Positions 9,740 to 19,496 of a DNA stretch of 64,000 bases are shown one piece after another. Position numbers and translations under genes: made by a program. Location of the stretch: NCBI GenBank assembly GCA_023458375.1, contig JAEWZT010000006.1, positions 85,931-149,930 on the forward strand, written 5' to 3'. A model generated the notes under the pieces. That model saw only the letters and a list, made by a program, of their open reading frames with translations. It had not been told where the DNA came from and ran no database searches. Position 1 is the first letter of the stretch, and the number at the start of each line of letters is the position of its first letter. Source of the stretch: Bacillota bacterium. GTDB lineage: Bacteria > Bacillota > Clostridia > Christensenellales > CAG-314.

Positions 9740-10041
9740 AATTTAACCTCTGAAAATAAAGATTAAACCAATAATAACATATATTTGTGAAAAAAGCGTG
9801 ATAAATTGAAACCGCCGCTCAAAACTTGAAAATAATTTTCAAAAATAAAAAGCCCGCGGCGGCTGTTTTAGGGTGTAGATTTATTAAAATTGCTTTGGTT
9901 TTTGCTTAATTTTTTCTTAAAAGCAACGCCGTAAAAGTGCCGTTTGGGCATTCTTACGTTTTTATGTTTTTGTGTTTGAGGCGTTTGTTCAAAATAAAAA
10001 TTGCCCGTTAGCTTAACGGGCAATTTTTAAGGACGCTAAGG

Positions 10042-10263
10042 TTAGCAGAGCACCCAAACCTTTTTGTGGATAATCATCGTGACAAGGTCAATAACCCAAA
10101 AGATATTGAATCCTAAGAAGAAACGGATGATTGCCCCTAAAATATTCCCTCTTTGAACCGCCAAAATGACGCCGCAAATCCAAGAGGTAACGGGTATGAT
10201 TGCAATAACCAAGCTGACAATGTAACCTAGCCCAAAGTAACCTTGCGATGCTTTCTTTGCCAT
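10042..10263 (-). CDS. small integral membrane protein (73 aa)
   Basis: The internal ATG at 10263 is preceded by GGAGGA. Two hydrophobic helices. The longer ORF-track start is AT-rich and implausible. Confidence 0.5.
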   Translation of the reverse strand: MAKKASQGYFGLGYIVSLVIAIIPVTSWICGVILAVQRGNILGAIIRFFLGFNIFWVIDLVTMIIHKKVWVLC

Positions 10264-10438
10264 AAAATCCTCCCTATAAAAAATATATACATTATTATTA
10301 AGCAGTATAACATAATAATTATACAAATACAACGGTAAAATTATAACAATAGCAAAGACTTCTTAAAAGGATTTTTTATATTTAAATTATAAAGATAAGT
10401 CAAAAAACATTTATTTTTTTATCTATTTTTTATTTCGC

Positions 10439-10918
10439 CTATTCCGTCCAAATGATTTTTTTATCAACGGCTTGCAAAAATCTTAAAAACTGGTTGCTTT
10501 CAAGCGCCGCCGACATGGTGTTGTCGCAGGGGTGAAAACGGACTTTGCCCTGCAAACTTACTTCCCTGTCAAGCAGCAGCCCCACGCTTTTTGAGGAAGG
10601 GTAAATAAAACAAAAGGGTGAAACGCTTCCCCGCGCCACATGCAGATATTCTTTAAGCGCGGTTTCCGTTGCAAACTCAAACTTTTCCGCCCCAACATAA
10701 CGCGCTAACGCCCGCATGTCCGCCCTTTTTGCGTTAGGCAGCACGGCGAGAAAAAACCTTTCGCTTTTCTTATCTTTTACAAACAGGCTTTTGTATCCTC
10801 TCGCGTCGGGTATGTGTATTATGCGTTTGCTTTCTTCTACCGATACCGCCGCGGGGTGCTTGTAAAGTGTGTATTCTATTTGCAGTTTATCTAAAAAGTC
10901 CAAAACTTCTTGCGCCAT
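10439..10918 (-). CDS. YbaK/ProX-type aminoacyl-tRNA deacylase domain protein
   Basis: 159 aa. The pattern KSLFVKDKK...FLAVL...RADMRALA...ARGSVSPF is typical of prolyl-tRNA synthetase-associated editing domains. Confidence 0.65.
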   Translation of the reverse strand: MAQEVLDFLDKLQIEYTLYKHPAAVSVEESKRIIHIPDARGYKSLFVKDKKSERFFLAVLPNAKRADMRALARYVGAEKFEFATETALKEYLHVARGSVSPFCFIYPSSKSVGLLLDREVSLQGKVRFHPCDNTMSAALESNQFLRFLQAVDKKIIWTE

Positions 10919-11536
10919 AGATAAATAATACCCCCGCCTTCATCCTTTGTCAAGCCGACGGCAAGGGAGTATAATGCGGCAAAACGAAAGATTGATATAA
11001 TAAATATGGTTATGACGCTTTGCAAAAGGCTTTGCTTTCGGGACAATTTATAAGCATTGCCGCTTCATAAGACGGCACATTTTACGGCGAGAAAATACTG
11101 CTTTAAATGCGCTTCGCTTGAACTGTCCGCTTTCGGCGCGGTGTTTCACGGGGTGCGCAAATTGCCCGCTTAACAGTTTTTTTGCGTAATATTTCCGCTT
11201 AACGGCAATTGCTATCGTTTTTACATTGTATTTGTGAAAAGCAAATAAATGGTTAAATAAAAATGCAAACAATATAAGCGGCAGCAACTTTTAGCGCCTT
11301 TTGTCATATGCCTGCGGAAAAGAAAAGGGAAATTATTCAAAGCACTAATGAATAAAGTATCACAAAGGCAAGGCGGCTTGTAAGAGCGGTTGCAAATAGC
11401 CATGCGTCAAAAAATATTTTTGCTTTTTGCAGGTAAAATGATTTGATAGCTTAATGCGACTTTAATTTATAAAAACTAAAAATAAGGCGCGTTTTTTCCA
11501 ACGCTGTTTTATGGAATAAGAAGTTTTGCCCGTCAG

Positions 11537-12277
11537 TTACCTTCCGTAAACATAAAGCATAATGCCCTTAAAGGCGGCTTCAACGATAGCTTGCATATAC
11601 TGTTCATCTACTAAAAGAGCCGCCTCCTCCGCGTTTGACAAAAAGCCGAACTCAATTATAACGCAGGGCTTGTTTTTTAAGCATTGCAGTATAAAATAAT
11701 CGCCCGACAGATGCGAATGGTTGTTTTTCGTAAAGGCATTAAGCGTTTTTTGAATATTTGCCGCAAGGCGGCTTGACATAACGTCGCCCTTTTGAAAAAA
11801 GACCTGCGGACCGCTGCGCGAGGAATCTTTATATTTATTCATATGCACCGATATCACCATATCGGCTTTTGCGTTTATTATAATTTCTTTGCGCTTGTTC
11901 ATGTCGCGCCGCTTAAAGCCGTCGCCGGCGTCGCCGTAAAGCCCGTTTTCGTCTTTGCGCGTATAGACAACGTTAATATTAAGCTTTTCAAGTTTAGCGC
12001 CCAAAACGAAAGCATATTTTAAGTTAAGTTCCGCTTCCCTCGTGTCCCCCCTTGTAACGCCTCCGTCAATTCCTCCGTGCCCCGCGTCAATAACTACCGT
12101 ATAGGCGTCGTTTGGAACCCATGATGTTTTTGTGCTTTTGTATACCAAAGCCGTCGTAACAAGCAGCGCGGCGGCGGCGACAAGCGCCAAAAAGACGTAA
12201 AAGGGTCTTTTGCCTTCTTTGTGCGTTTTATTTTTCATTTTTACAAAATTACTCATTTTTCGCGCCTTTTTGTGCAA
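11537..12277 (-). CDS. cwlD: N-acetylmuramoyl-L-alanine amidase (Amidase_3; CwlD-like)
   Basis: N-terminal membrane anchor, then VVIDAGHGGIDGGV, ISVHMN and IIEFGFLSN motifs. Its size fits the germination-specific CwlD. Confidence 0.7.
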   Translation of the reverse strand: MHKKARKMSNFVKMKNKTHKEGKRPFYVFLALVAAAALLVTTALVYKSTKTSWVPNDAYTVVIDAGHGGIDGGVTRGDTREAELNLKYAFVLGAKLEKLNINVVYTRKDENGLYGDAGDGFKRRDMNKRKEIIINAKADMVISVHMNKYKDSSRSGPQVFFQKGDVMSSRLAANIQKTLNAFTKNNHSHLSGDYFILQCLKNKPCVIIEFGFLSNAEEAALLVDEQYMQAIVEAAFKGIMLYVYGR

Positions 12278-12694
12278 AATAAGGCAGTCTTATCCACTTA
12301 TGCACAGAGTTATACACAAGAACGGATGTTTATGTGCAATACTTGTTTCATAGGGAATGTGAAACAAAACGCCTTTACTTACTTTTATATGCTATGCCCC
12401 GGTTCCCCCTGTTAGCACGCGCAAAAAGGCAGCTTTGGCAAAGATAATAGCTTTTTTGCGCTCATTATGTCGTTTGCCTTATATTTTAATAAACCCGCAA
12501 TATTGAACACAATTGCCTATCTGTTTCCCGCCTATAAAAATTTTAATATTTAAAATGCGCGGATTAAAAATGTTGGTCAAAAAATAAAAAACTTTCCGTT
12601 AAATTTTTCAATTTTAAATATAAACAAGTTTTTCCTACGCGCAATGGCTTTGCTTAAAAAGTGATGAGTAAAAAAGTGCTTAGCATAATTTTCC

Positions 12695-12725
12695 TCCCAA
12701 ACAACAAAAGGCGAAAACTTTCGCC
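12695..12725 (-). terminator. intrinsic terminator after hsp20
   Basis: Minus strand reads GGCGAAAGTTTTCGCC followed by TTTTGTTGTTT. Confidence 0.7.
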
Positions 12726-12772
12726 TTCGCCTCTGTCTTGGAGGGAAACTAGTTGGTTGGTTGCCTTTGTTG

Positions 12773-13192
12773 TTATTCTATGCTGATTTGTTTAGCGTCG
12801 GGCTTTTTAACTTCTTTGCTTACGGTAAGCGTCAAAACGCCCTGTTCGTATTTTGCCTTGATATCATTTTCGGTAATGTCGCCCACATAATAGGTGCGCG
12901 AGCAGCTTCCGCTTATGCGCTCTCTGCGAATGTAGCCCTTTTCTTTGCTTTCCTCTTCGCGAGCGTCTTTTGCGGACACCGTTAGGTAGCCCTTTTCAAG
13001 GCTAAGACTGATGTTTTCTTTGGAATAGCCCGCCATGTCAATTTCAAATAGGTATTCGTTTTCTTTTTCGGTAATATCCGTTCTCATATTTCCGTATTTT
13101 CTTTCGCCGAAATCAACGGATAGGAATGGATTAAACATTGAATCGAAAACTTCGTCTAACGCATTGGTTCTTACAGGTCTTAAATACTTCAT
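12773..13192 (-). CDS. Hsp20/alpha-crystallin small heat-shock protein
   Basis: 139 aa. The alpha-crystallin core includes DITEKENEYLFEIDMAGYSKENISLSLEKGYLTV and ...GVLTLTV. Confidence 0.9.
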   Translation of the reverse strand: MKYLRPVRTNALDEVFDSMFNPFLSVDFGERKYGNMRTDITEKENEYLFEIDMAGYSKENISLSLEKGYLTVSAKDAREEESKEKGYIRRERISGSCSRTYYVGDITENDIKAKYEQGVLTLTVSKEVKKPDAKQISIE

Positions 13193-13238
13193 ATTTTTTT
13201 ATCTCCTATAATATATTAGCAATCTTTGGTTTTGATTG

Positions 13239-13265
13239 TTAGCACTCTCTCTGCTCGACTGCTAA
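13239..13265. promoter_or_regulatory. CIRCE operator (HrcA binding site)
   Basis: TTAGCACTC-N9-GACTGCTAA, one mismatch to the consensus TTAGCACTC-N9-GAGTGCTAA. It lies immediately downstream of the hsp20 promoter. Confidence 0.8.
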
Positions 13266-13269
13266 CTGT

Positions 13270-13297
13270 ATTATAGCATCTCTATAAAATACGTCAA
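13270..13297 (-). promoter_or_regulatory. sigma-A promoter of hsp20 (TTGACG-16-TGcTATAAT)
   Basis: On the minus strand, TTGACG is at 13297..13292, followed by a 16-nt spacer ending in TGc and TATAAT at 13275..13270. Confidence 0.7.
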
Positions 13298-13658
13298 GCG
13301 TTTTTTGCCGTTTTTTTATAATTTTTTTAGATTTTTTTCTTATTCCCCTTCCTTATTATAAGAATTTGCCGTCTTTAATTTTTTTTGTTTTCAGAAATGA
13401 TTTTCGTCTTAGGTCTATTCCCCGTTAAAACTTGATTGGCTAATTTTGCCGCACGCGTTTCCGCGCGAAAAGAAAAGTAAATGTTTTGCGCTGCCCAGCC
13501 TTTAATTTATCATCTTATGATAAAAAAGTTCATTGCTACTTTTTTTTGTTTGACAATCCTAGTTTTTTGCCCTTTTTTCGCATAACTGGCACTAACTCTG
13601 ACAATCATCATTAATTAGCTCGCGCCTAAAACTTATACTTTCTTTTTAGCGTTTCCCT

Positions 13659-14906
13659 TTAAATAATCCTTGCGTAGCTAGTATTGTCCTGGCGCCTGTC
13701 TGCAAGCTGCTCGATGGGGTGGGGCATTTTTTCGTAGCGGTAGTCTTTGCCATTGTCGCTGATATACTTTTCAATAACCCTGTGGCTTGCAACAGACTTT
13801 AAATTGTCGTTTACCTTATGCTGATACGCCGCGAAGTTGCTTTCTCCGTCAAGGTCGCGGACATTTATATATTCTTCCTTGTTGCCCGTCAGTTCGCCCG
13901 TTTGCGCCAGCACCTTTCTTACATATCCAACCGAATCGTCAAAAACCAAAAGCTCGGGGAAATCGCCGTTTCCCACTACTTGCTCGTAACTTTTTTTCTC
14001 GTAGTCAAGCAAAAGCTTTGCAGCCTCGTGCAAGTGAGCCACTTCCTGCTCAAAGCACTGTTCAAAGACGTTTTTAATATAGCCGTCAGTTTCGTCCATA
14101 AAGAGCGAATAGTATAAATAACACTCGGTATATTCGTGAAGCAGCAGATTTTCAAAGGGCGTAGCGGAAGCGTCAAGCAGCGAACCGTAAAGGGAAACGT
14201 GCTGCTCTTCTATCTGCGCTATTTCAGCATAAAGGTCGCGCCCCAGCTTGTTTTCGTAAAAGATGCCCACGTTCATATAATAATTCATCGTCTGCTGCTC
14301 GGCGGCGGTAATTATGCCCACGTTCAGTTTTGTCGCAAGCGCCGCCTGCGTAAAGTTGGTAAACTTTTTTACGTCGTCTTGCGGGCAGCGGTGTTCCGAT
14401 ACAGTAGGCCGCCCCGGCATAATTTCCGTAAGCTTGCCGATGAGTTTTTCCGCCTTGATACCCCTTTCCATTTCCAAAAGGTCAGCGTAACGGTATAAAT
14501 GGTCAAAGTCCTCTAAAAGTGCGAAATCCAACGCTTTTTTGACGTATTTGTCGGGTTCTTTTTTAGCCAGCGCCGCGGTAAGCTCAACCGCAAGCTGTTC
14601 GTAGCCTATGGTGTGCTGTAAAATGTCTTCTGAAAAGGACTTTAAACTTGATATCCTTTTTTGCTGCTGCTGTTCGCTTCTTCTTATCATTGCCAGAGAA
14701 CGGCGGACGTCATTGTCGGGAATGGTCCTGAACATATGGTGAGAGCATTTTACCGCCTCAAATTCCGCCCCGTTCGCCAAAATCACTCTCAATTTGGTGT
14801 AAGGATGGGCTGTTTTGTCGTTATAGGGACGGGAAGATATCTGCTGCCAGTCCATATATACGTCTGTAATGGGTTTAGGTTTTAACTTAAAGGGATTTAC
14901 GCTCAT
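13659..14906 (-). CDS. hypothetical protein with ferritin-like di-iron motifs
   Basis: 415 aa with two ExxH motifs in helical context (IAQIEEQHVSLY, FEQEVAHLHEAAKLL) plus additional Glu-rich helices. The family was not recognised. Confidence 0.35.
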   Translation of the reverse strand: MSVNPFKLKPKPITDVYMDWQQISSRPYNDKTAHPYTKLRVILANGAEFEAVKCSHHMFRTIPDNDVRRSLAMIRRSEQQQQKRISSLKSFSEDILQHTIGYEQLAVELTAALAKKEPDKYVKKALDFALLEDFDHLYRYADLLEMERGIKAEKLIGKLTEIMPGRPTVSEHRCPQDDVKKFTNFTQAALATKLNVGIITAAEQQTMNYYMNVGIFYENKLGRDLYAEIAQIEEQHVSLYGSLLDASATPFENLLLHEYTECYLYYSLFMDETDGYIKNVFEQCFEQEVAHLHEAAKLLLDYEKKSYEQVVGNGDFPELLVFDDSVGYVRKVLAQTGELTGNKEEYINVRDLDGESNFAAYQHKVNDNLKSVASHRVIEKYISDNGKDYRYEKMPHPIEQLADRRQDNTSYARII

Positions 14907-15041
14907 AAAAAATGCTCCTTAATAAAATTTTCCCTTAAATTATTTACAGCGAATAATTAAAATATACTTGATTGCCGCCCTCAATAAGTTGAACGCAATA
15001 TGACAATGTGTTAAAATGATTATATAAGCGAGGGAAAAACA

Positions 15042-15449
15042 ATGGCAAGTATCAGATGCGAAAACTGCGGCGCGCCCAAAAAGCGCGAGGACGAGGGGGA
15101 ATGCCCCTATTGCGGCACACATTACACTTATAAAGAAGAAAAAAACTGTTCGGCGCAAAGTTCGGGGCAGGAGGACACGCGCAGTCATACATACTCGCGC
15201 AAATACGAAGAAAGCGCGGCGGCGTCTTACGACATAACAAAGCACCTTAGCAGACGCGTCATTGCGGCGATTTTAGCGATAGTTTTGGGCGTTTTCGGCG
15301 CGCAGCACTTTTATTTAAAAAAATATGTGTGGGGCGTTTTATCCTTGGTTTTCTTTTTTACCGGGGTAACAGCAATTATAGGCTTAATTCAAGGCGTGCT
15401 TTGGCTGCTTGCAACCGATGCCGACTTTGAAAGCCGCTATCCCGAATAA
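15042..15449 (+). CDS. zinc-ribbon + TM2 domain membrane protein
   Basis: N-terminal CENCGAP...CPYCG zinc ribbon. C-terminal TM2-like segment AILAIVLGVFGAQHFYLKKY... Confidence 0.7.
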   Translation: MASIRCENCGAPKKREDEGECPYCGTHYTYKEEKNCSAQSSGQEDTRSHTYSRKYEESAAASYDITKHLSRRVIAAILAIVLGVFGAQHFYLKKYVWGVLSLVFFFTGVTAIIGLIQGVLWLLATDADFESRYPE

Positions 15450-15725
15450 AACTTTTGCATTCGCACATTTTTGTTTTCTTTTTCCGTAGGCATTTGGGGT
15501 TAACAGCCGAAAAAGAAAAGCAAATTAAACAGCTTTCAAACTTTTATTTTAGACGGCAAACAAAGCAGGCGGATTGACGATATTAAAAAAACCGCTTGCA
15601 ACGCCGCAACAGAGGACGAATTTGCCGATGACGGAGTATAGCTGCCCTCACAAGCAAACAATGCGGGATTTAAATATATCACAAGTATTATTTTGACTAA
15701 CTAATTAAAAGAAAAATAACAATTC

Positions 15726-15760
15726 AAAAAGCCTTATTTCAATGTGAAATAAGGCTTTTT
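15726..15760. terminator. bidirectional intrinsic terminator
   Basis: AAAAAGCCTTATTTCA-atg-TGAAATAAGGCTTTTT, a perfect palindrome flanked by A/T runs between convergent genes. Confidence 0.75.
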
Positions 15761-15871
15761 GCATATCTAGCTTTTTAAGTTTTTTCGTGCAGTATTTTTC
15801 TATAAACTTGCCAAGGTCTTTTGATAACTTGGGTTTTGCTCGCGTTGTTTAAATGCAGTTTTATTTAAAGC

Positions 15872-17080
15872 TTATGCGTATAGGGACACTATATTTAACA
15901 TTATTTCCACTACTTTTTCCATGGCTTCTACGGTGATATATTCATATCTGCCGTGGAAGTTGTAGCCGCCCGTGCAAATGTTGGGGCAGGGCAGCCCCAT
16001 ATAGCTAAGGCGCGCGCCGTCGGTGCCGCCGCGTATGGGCATAACTATTGGAGTAACGCTTGCCTTTTCCATTGCTTTTTTGGCGTTGTCAATTAAATGC
16101 ATATGGGGAAGGATTTTTTCCTTCATATTAAAATACTGGTCTTTAAGCGTAAGCGTAACCCTGCCCTCGCCGTATTTTTTGCCCATAAACTCGGCTACCT
16201 TTTCAATAAAGGCTTTTTTAGCCAAAAACTTTTCTTTGTCGTGGTCGCGGATAATATAGCGGCTTTGGCAGGCGTCGCAGCCCCCTTCAATGCCGTCTAA
16301 GTGATAAAACCCCTCATACCCCTCGGTATACATAGGATTTTGCTCAACGGGCAGCATGGAATGAAACTCCTGAGCCAGCAATATCGCGTTTATCATTTTC
16401 CCTTTTGCGGTGCCGGGGTGAATGCTCACGCCCTTAAAGTTGATTTTTGCCGAAGCGGCGTTAAAGTTTTCGTATTCAATCTCCCCTACGCGTCCGCCGT
16501 CAATGGTGTAGGCAAAATCGGCGCCAAAAAGCGGAATATCAAAGTATTCCGCGCCGTTGCCCACCTCTTCGTCGGGCGTAAAAGCGATTTTTATTTCGCC
16601 GTGCTTAATGCTTTTGTCCTTTAAAAGCGTTTGGGCAAGCTGCATAATCTCGGCGACGCCCGCCTTATCGTCGGCGCCCAAAAGAGTGCTACCGTCGGTG
16701 GAAATTACCGTTTCGCCCAGGTGGTTAAGCAACGAAGGGTATTCCTTGGGCGACAAAACGTAGCCCTCGCCCATTTTAACGTCCTTTCCGTTGTAGTTTT
16801 TTGTAAGGACGGGTTTGACGTTTTCTCCCGAAACTGCGGGGGAAGTGTCCACGTGGGCGATAAAGCCCAACTTGTGTTTTGAAGAGCCGTTTGCGGGAAT
16901 TGTCGCGTAAACGTAACCGCGCCCGTCGCAAAGCACGTTGGCGGCGCCCATAGCTTTAAGTTCTTCCGCAAGCATTTGCGAAAGGTTTAATTGTTTTTGC
17001 GTGCTGGGCACAACGGCAACCCCTTCCTGCGACTGCGTGTCCACTTTTACGTATCTCAAAAACTTGTCGGTAACTTTCAT
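15872..17080 (-). CDS. pepT: peptidase T (tripeptide aminopeptidase, M20B)
   Basis: [17 protein letters not shown]..., HVDTSP, GADDKAG and FTPDEEVG motifs. The start was moved to ATG 17080, which overlaps the upstream stop in a TAATG arrangement. Confidence 0.9.
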   Translation of the reverse strand: MKVTDKFLRYVKVDTQSQEGVAVVPSTQKQLNLSQMLAEELKAMGAANVLCDGRGYVYATIPANGSSKHKLGFIAHVDTSPAVSGENVKPVLTKNYNGKDVKMGEGYVLSPKEYPSLLNHLGETVISTDGSTLLGADDKAGVAEIMQLAQTLLKDKSIKHGEIKIAFTPDEEVGNGAEYFDIPLFGADFAYTIDGGRVGEIEYENFNAASAKINFKGVSIHPGTAKGKMINAILLAQEFHSMLPVEQNPMYTEGYEGFYHLDGIEGGCDACQSRYIIRDHDKEKFLAKKAFIEKVAEFMGKKYGEGRVTLTLKDQYFNMKEKILPHMHLIDNAKKAMEKASVTPIVMPIRGGTDGARLSYMGLPCPNICTGGYNFHGRYEYITVEAMEKVVEIMLNIVSLYA

Positions 17081-17661
17081 TATCCTCTCTCCTCGTCTAT
17101 GTATGTAGCAAGCAAGTCCGCCGCGTGCATTAAAACACACAGCTTATACTTTGCGTATGCTTCTGAAATGGAAAAATTGCCCCCTTTGGCTCTGTCGTCA
17201 AAACCGCCCATATGCCAGTTGATAGCCAGCGCCTCTTCGGTAGACAGCTTGATAAAACTTTGCAAAATAAACACGCTCTTTTCGCCGTGTCCGTAAGGCA
17301 GCGTTTCCCTGCGCGTGTAATAGGGAACCTGCCGCCATGTTCCGTCAATTTTTGCGTTTCTAAATTCCGTATCGTAATAATGCACCTTGCAAAGGTCGTG
17401 CAAAAGCCCGCAAATGGCTACCGTTTCGTTGGAATATTTTTTTTGCCAATCGTCGCCGTATTCTTTTTTGACCAAAGACAGCAGCCTGTTATAAACGTTT
17501 ACGCTGTGTTCAACAAGCCCCCCTTCGTAAGCGCAATGGAACTTTGTGGAACAGGGCGCGGCAAAAAAATCGCTTTTTTCCAGCCAGTCAAGCAGCTTGT
17601 CGGCGCCCTCTCTTTTGATTGCGCTCTTAAAAATAGTTAAAAACTCATCTTTATACGACAT
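17080..17661 (-). CDS. HD-domain phosphohydrolase
   Basis: 193 aa with [11 protein letters not shown] and other His/Asp motifs. Confidence 0.65.
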   Translation of the reverse strand: MSYKDEFLTIFKSAIKREGADKLLDWLEKSDFFAAPCSTKFHCAYEGGLVEHSVNVYNRLLSLVKKEYGDDWQKKYSNETVAICGLLHDLCKVHYYDTEFRNAKIDGTWRQVPYYTRRETLPYGHGEKSVFILQSFIKLSTEEALAINWHMGGFDDRAKGGNFSISEAYAKYKLCVLMHAADLLATYIDEERG

Positions 17662-17664
17662 TTG

Positions 17665-18399
17665 TTACTCCTTGTAATTTTTAGGCAGGTTACGCTTGTG
17701 TTCTGTCGTTTTGTGGTATCTTTCTATTATTTCCCTGCTTTTTTGTTCAACCTCGCTTCTTTTGCCCGCCATATAAGCGTCAATTTGGGCGTAAGATACC
17801 CCCATTTCCCCCTCGTCCGTTTGCCCCTCGTAAAGACCTGCGGAGGGCACTTTTGTAATGATTTTACGGGGGATTTTAAGATAGTCCATAAACTGATAAA
17901 CTTCCGTAACGGTAAGGTCGGCGATGGGGTTAAAGTCGTATGCGCCGTCCCCCCACTTTGTAAAGTAACCCATATATCTTTCGCTTGCGTTGCCCGTGCC
18001 CGCTACAAGCGCGCCCCTTGACTGCGCTACGGTATAAAGCGTGGTCATTCTCAGCCGCGGAGCAATATTTGCCGCCGCCGCGGGAAGGACTTTTACACTT
18101 TTTTCTATGTTTTCCATTATTTTTTCGCGCGCCGCCGTCAAGTCAACGGTAATTTGCTCAATATCAAACTGTTTTGCGGCAAGCAAAGCGTCTTCTGTGT
18201 CGGTGGTATAGTTTATCGCCGAAGCGCAGGGCATTAAAATGCCCAGCGTGTCAGAGCAGGCGGCTTTGCATATGACGGAAACCAGACAGCAGTCTTTTCC
18301 GCCGCTGTTGCCGTAAACTATCGCAAAACTATGCGCGTCTTTAAGACAGTCTTTGACAAATTGCACCCGCTTTTCAAACTCGCTTTTCCAATCTCTCAT
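17665..18399 (-). CDS. nadE: NH3-dependent NAD+ synthetase
   Basis: PP-loop motif SGGKDC, GTGNASE, and YFTKWGDG motifs. The likely start is MRDWKSEF at 18399. Confidence 0.8.
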   Translation of the reverse strand: MRDWKSEFEKRVQFVKDCLKDAHSFAIVYGNSGGKDCCLVSVICKAACSDTLGILMPCASAINYTTDTEDALLAAKQFDIEQITVDLTAAREKIMENIEKSVKVLPAAAANIAPRLRMTTLYTVAQSRGALVAGTGNASERYMGYFTKWGDGAYDFNPIADLTVTEVYQFMDYLKIPRKIITKVPSAGLYEGQTDEGEMGVSYAQIDAYMAGKRSEVEQKSREIIERYHKTTEHKRNLPKNYKE

Positions 18400-18613
18400 C
18401 TTTTTGTCCCTTAATCTTTTCTTTGCCTTTATTTTCCCTTTGAACTGCATCTTTAAGTTGCAATAGGGATTTTCCGTCTTATAATTTTAATATCTTCCCG
18501 CTTGTTACTTTTAGCATGCGGGTTTATTTATTTATTTAATACCCATTGTCTTGCTTAAATCTATTATTAATGCTATTACGTTAAATCTTTATATATTTTG
18601 CGCGCCCGTTAAA

Positions 18614-19048
18614 TTAATTGTTTCCGCCCTCTTCGCCGTTTTCTTCTTCAATGCCGAGCTCCCCTTCGCCTTCTATATGCTCGACTGATATTTCCTTTGT
18701 CCCCTTTTGAAACTCTTGATACTGGGTTTTTAAAAACTCGTCTTGCAGTTCCTGCTTGTGCCTTTCAATATACATTTTTGCGTCGGGCAGTATTGCGATA
18801 TAATGCCCCGCCCCGCAAATTATTGACACTATGCGGCAAATGAAAAGAAAAAAGGTGTTCACATAGGGAATAAAGGAAAAGAGCGCGTATATAAAAAAGT
18901 TGACTGCGTCTAAGGGCAGAAGCGCTACGTAAAGGGGCAAGCCGACGGTTATGCAAAGCGTTTTTGCCAAAAGATAGTACCACTTTTTGCCAGTATAGGT
19001 AAAAATCCTTTGAAAACGCCCTTTATAGTAAAGTAAAATATCCTTCAT
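18614..19048 (-). CDS. hypothetical membrane protein with acidic C-terminus
   Basis: Three or four hydrophobic segments and a C-terminal EGEGELGIEEENGEEG tail. The likely start is MKDILLYY. Confidence 0.4.
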   Translation of the reverse strand: MKDILLYYKGRFQRIFTYTGKKWYYLLAKTLCITVGLPLYVALLPLDAVNFFIYALFSFIPYVNTFFLFICRIVSIICGAGHYIAILPDAKMYIERHKQELQDEFLKTQYQEFQKGTKEISVEHIEGEGELGIEEENGEEGGNN

Positions 19049-19496
19049 CGGTTTTATTCTCCCTTTGGAAAAAATTATATCACAGCAAATAAAAAAGCGC
19101 AACGCAAGATTTTACCGCTTATATAAACTTCATTTTTTCCTTTAAACTTATGTAAAATTTTTTCCTGTATTGAAGCCGCCTTTACGGTATCAATAATTGA
19201 TTCGTTTAAGGGGCGGTACTTAAAACAAGCTCATTTTGTTTTTGCGCGCCGTATCGTTGCGATAAATTATACAAAGGCGTAGTTGCTCGGCGTTTTGGTA
19301 ATAATTATGCCGCTTGCCTGGCCACGCAAAAGGCTTGACAAACCACAAAGACGCCGTAAAAAGAGGTTTATTGATGCCTTGCGTCATCACATATGCCTCC
19401 GTTCTTATTTTTCTCTTAATGGCAATTTTGCAAAAACCCTACAACACAGCAGCGCTTTTTGGGGCTATTTCCGCCCGTGCTTTTCTCCCGCCGAAC

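Noticed and set aside
11048-11403. ORFs 11048..11287 and 11221..11403 in the 618-bp gap between cwlD and the YbaK-like gene
   Set aside because: They have no RBS and an odd composition (a hydrophobic N-terminus followed by a K/R-rich tail), and they overlap each other. They cannot be supported as genes, and the gap remains unexplained.
14940-15245. Minus-strand ORFs 14940..15245 and 15052..15240 overlapping the TM2/zinc-ribbon gene
   Set aside because: They are Arg/Cys/Phe-rich nonsense translations, antisense to a gene with clear zinc-ribbon and TM2 motifs and a good RBS.
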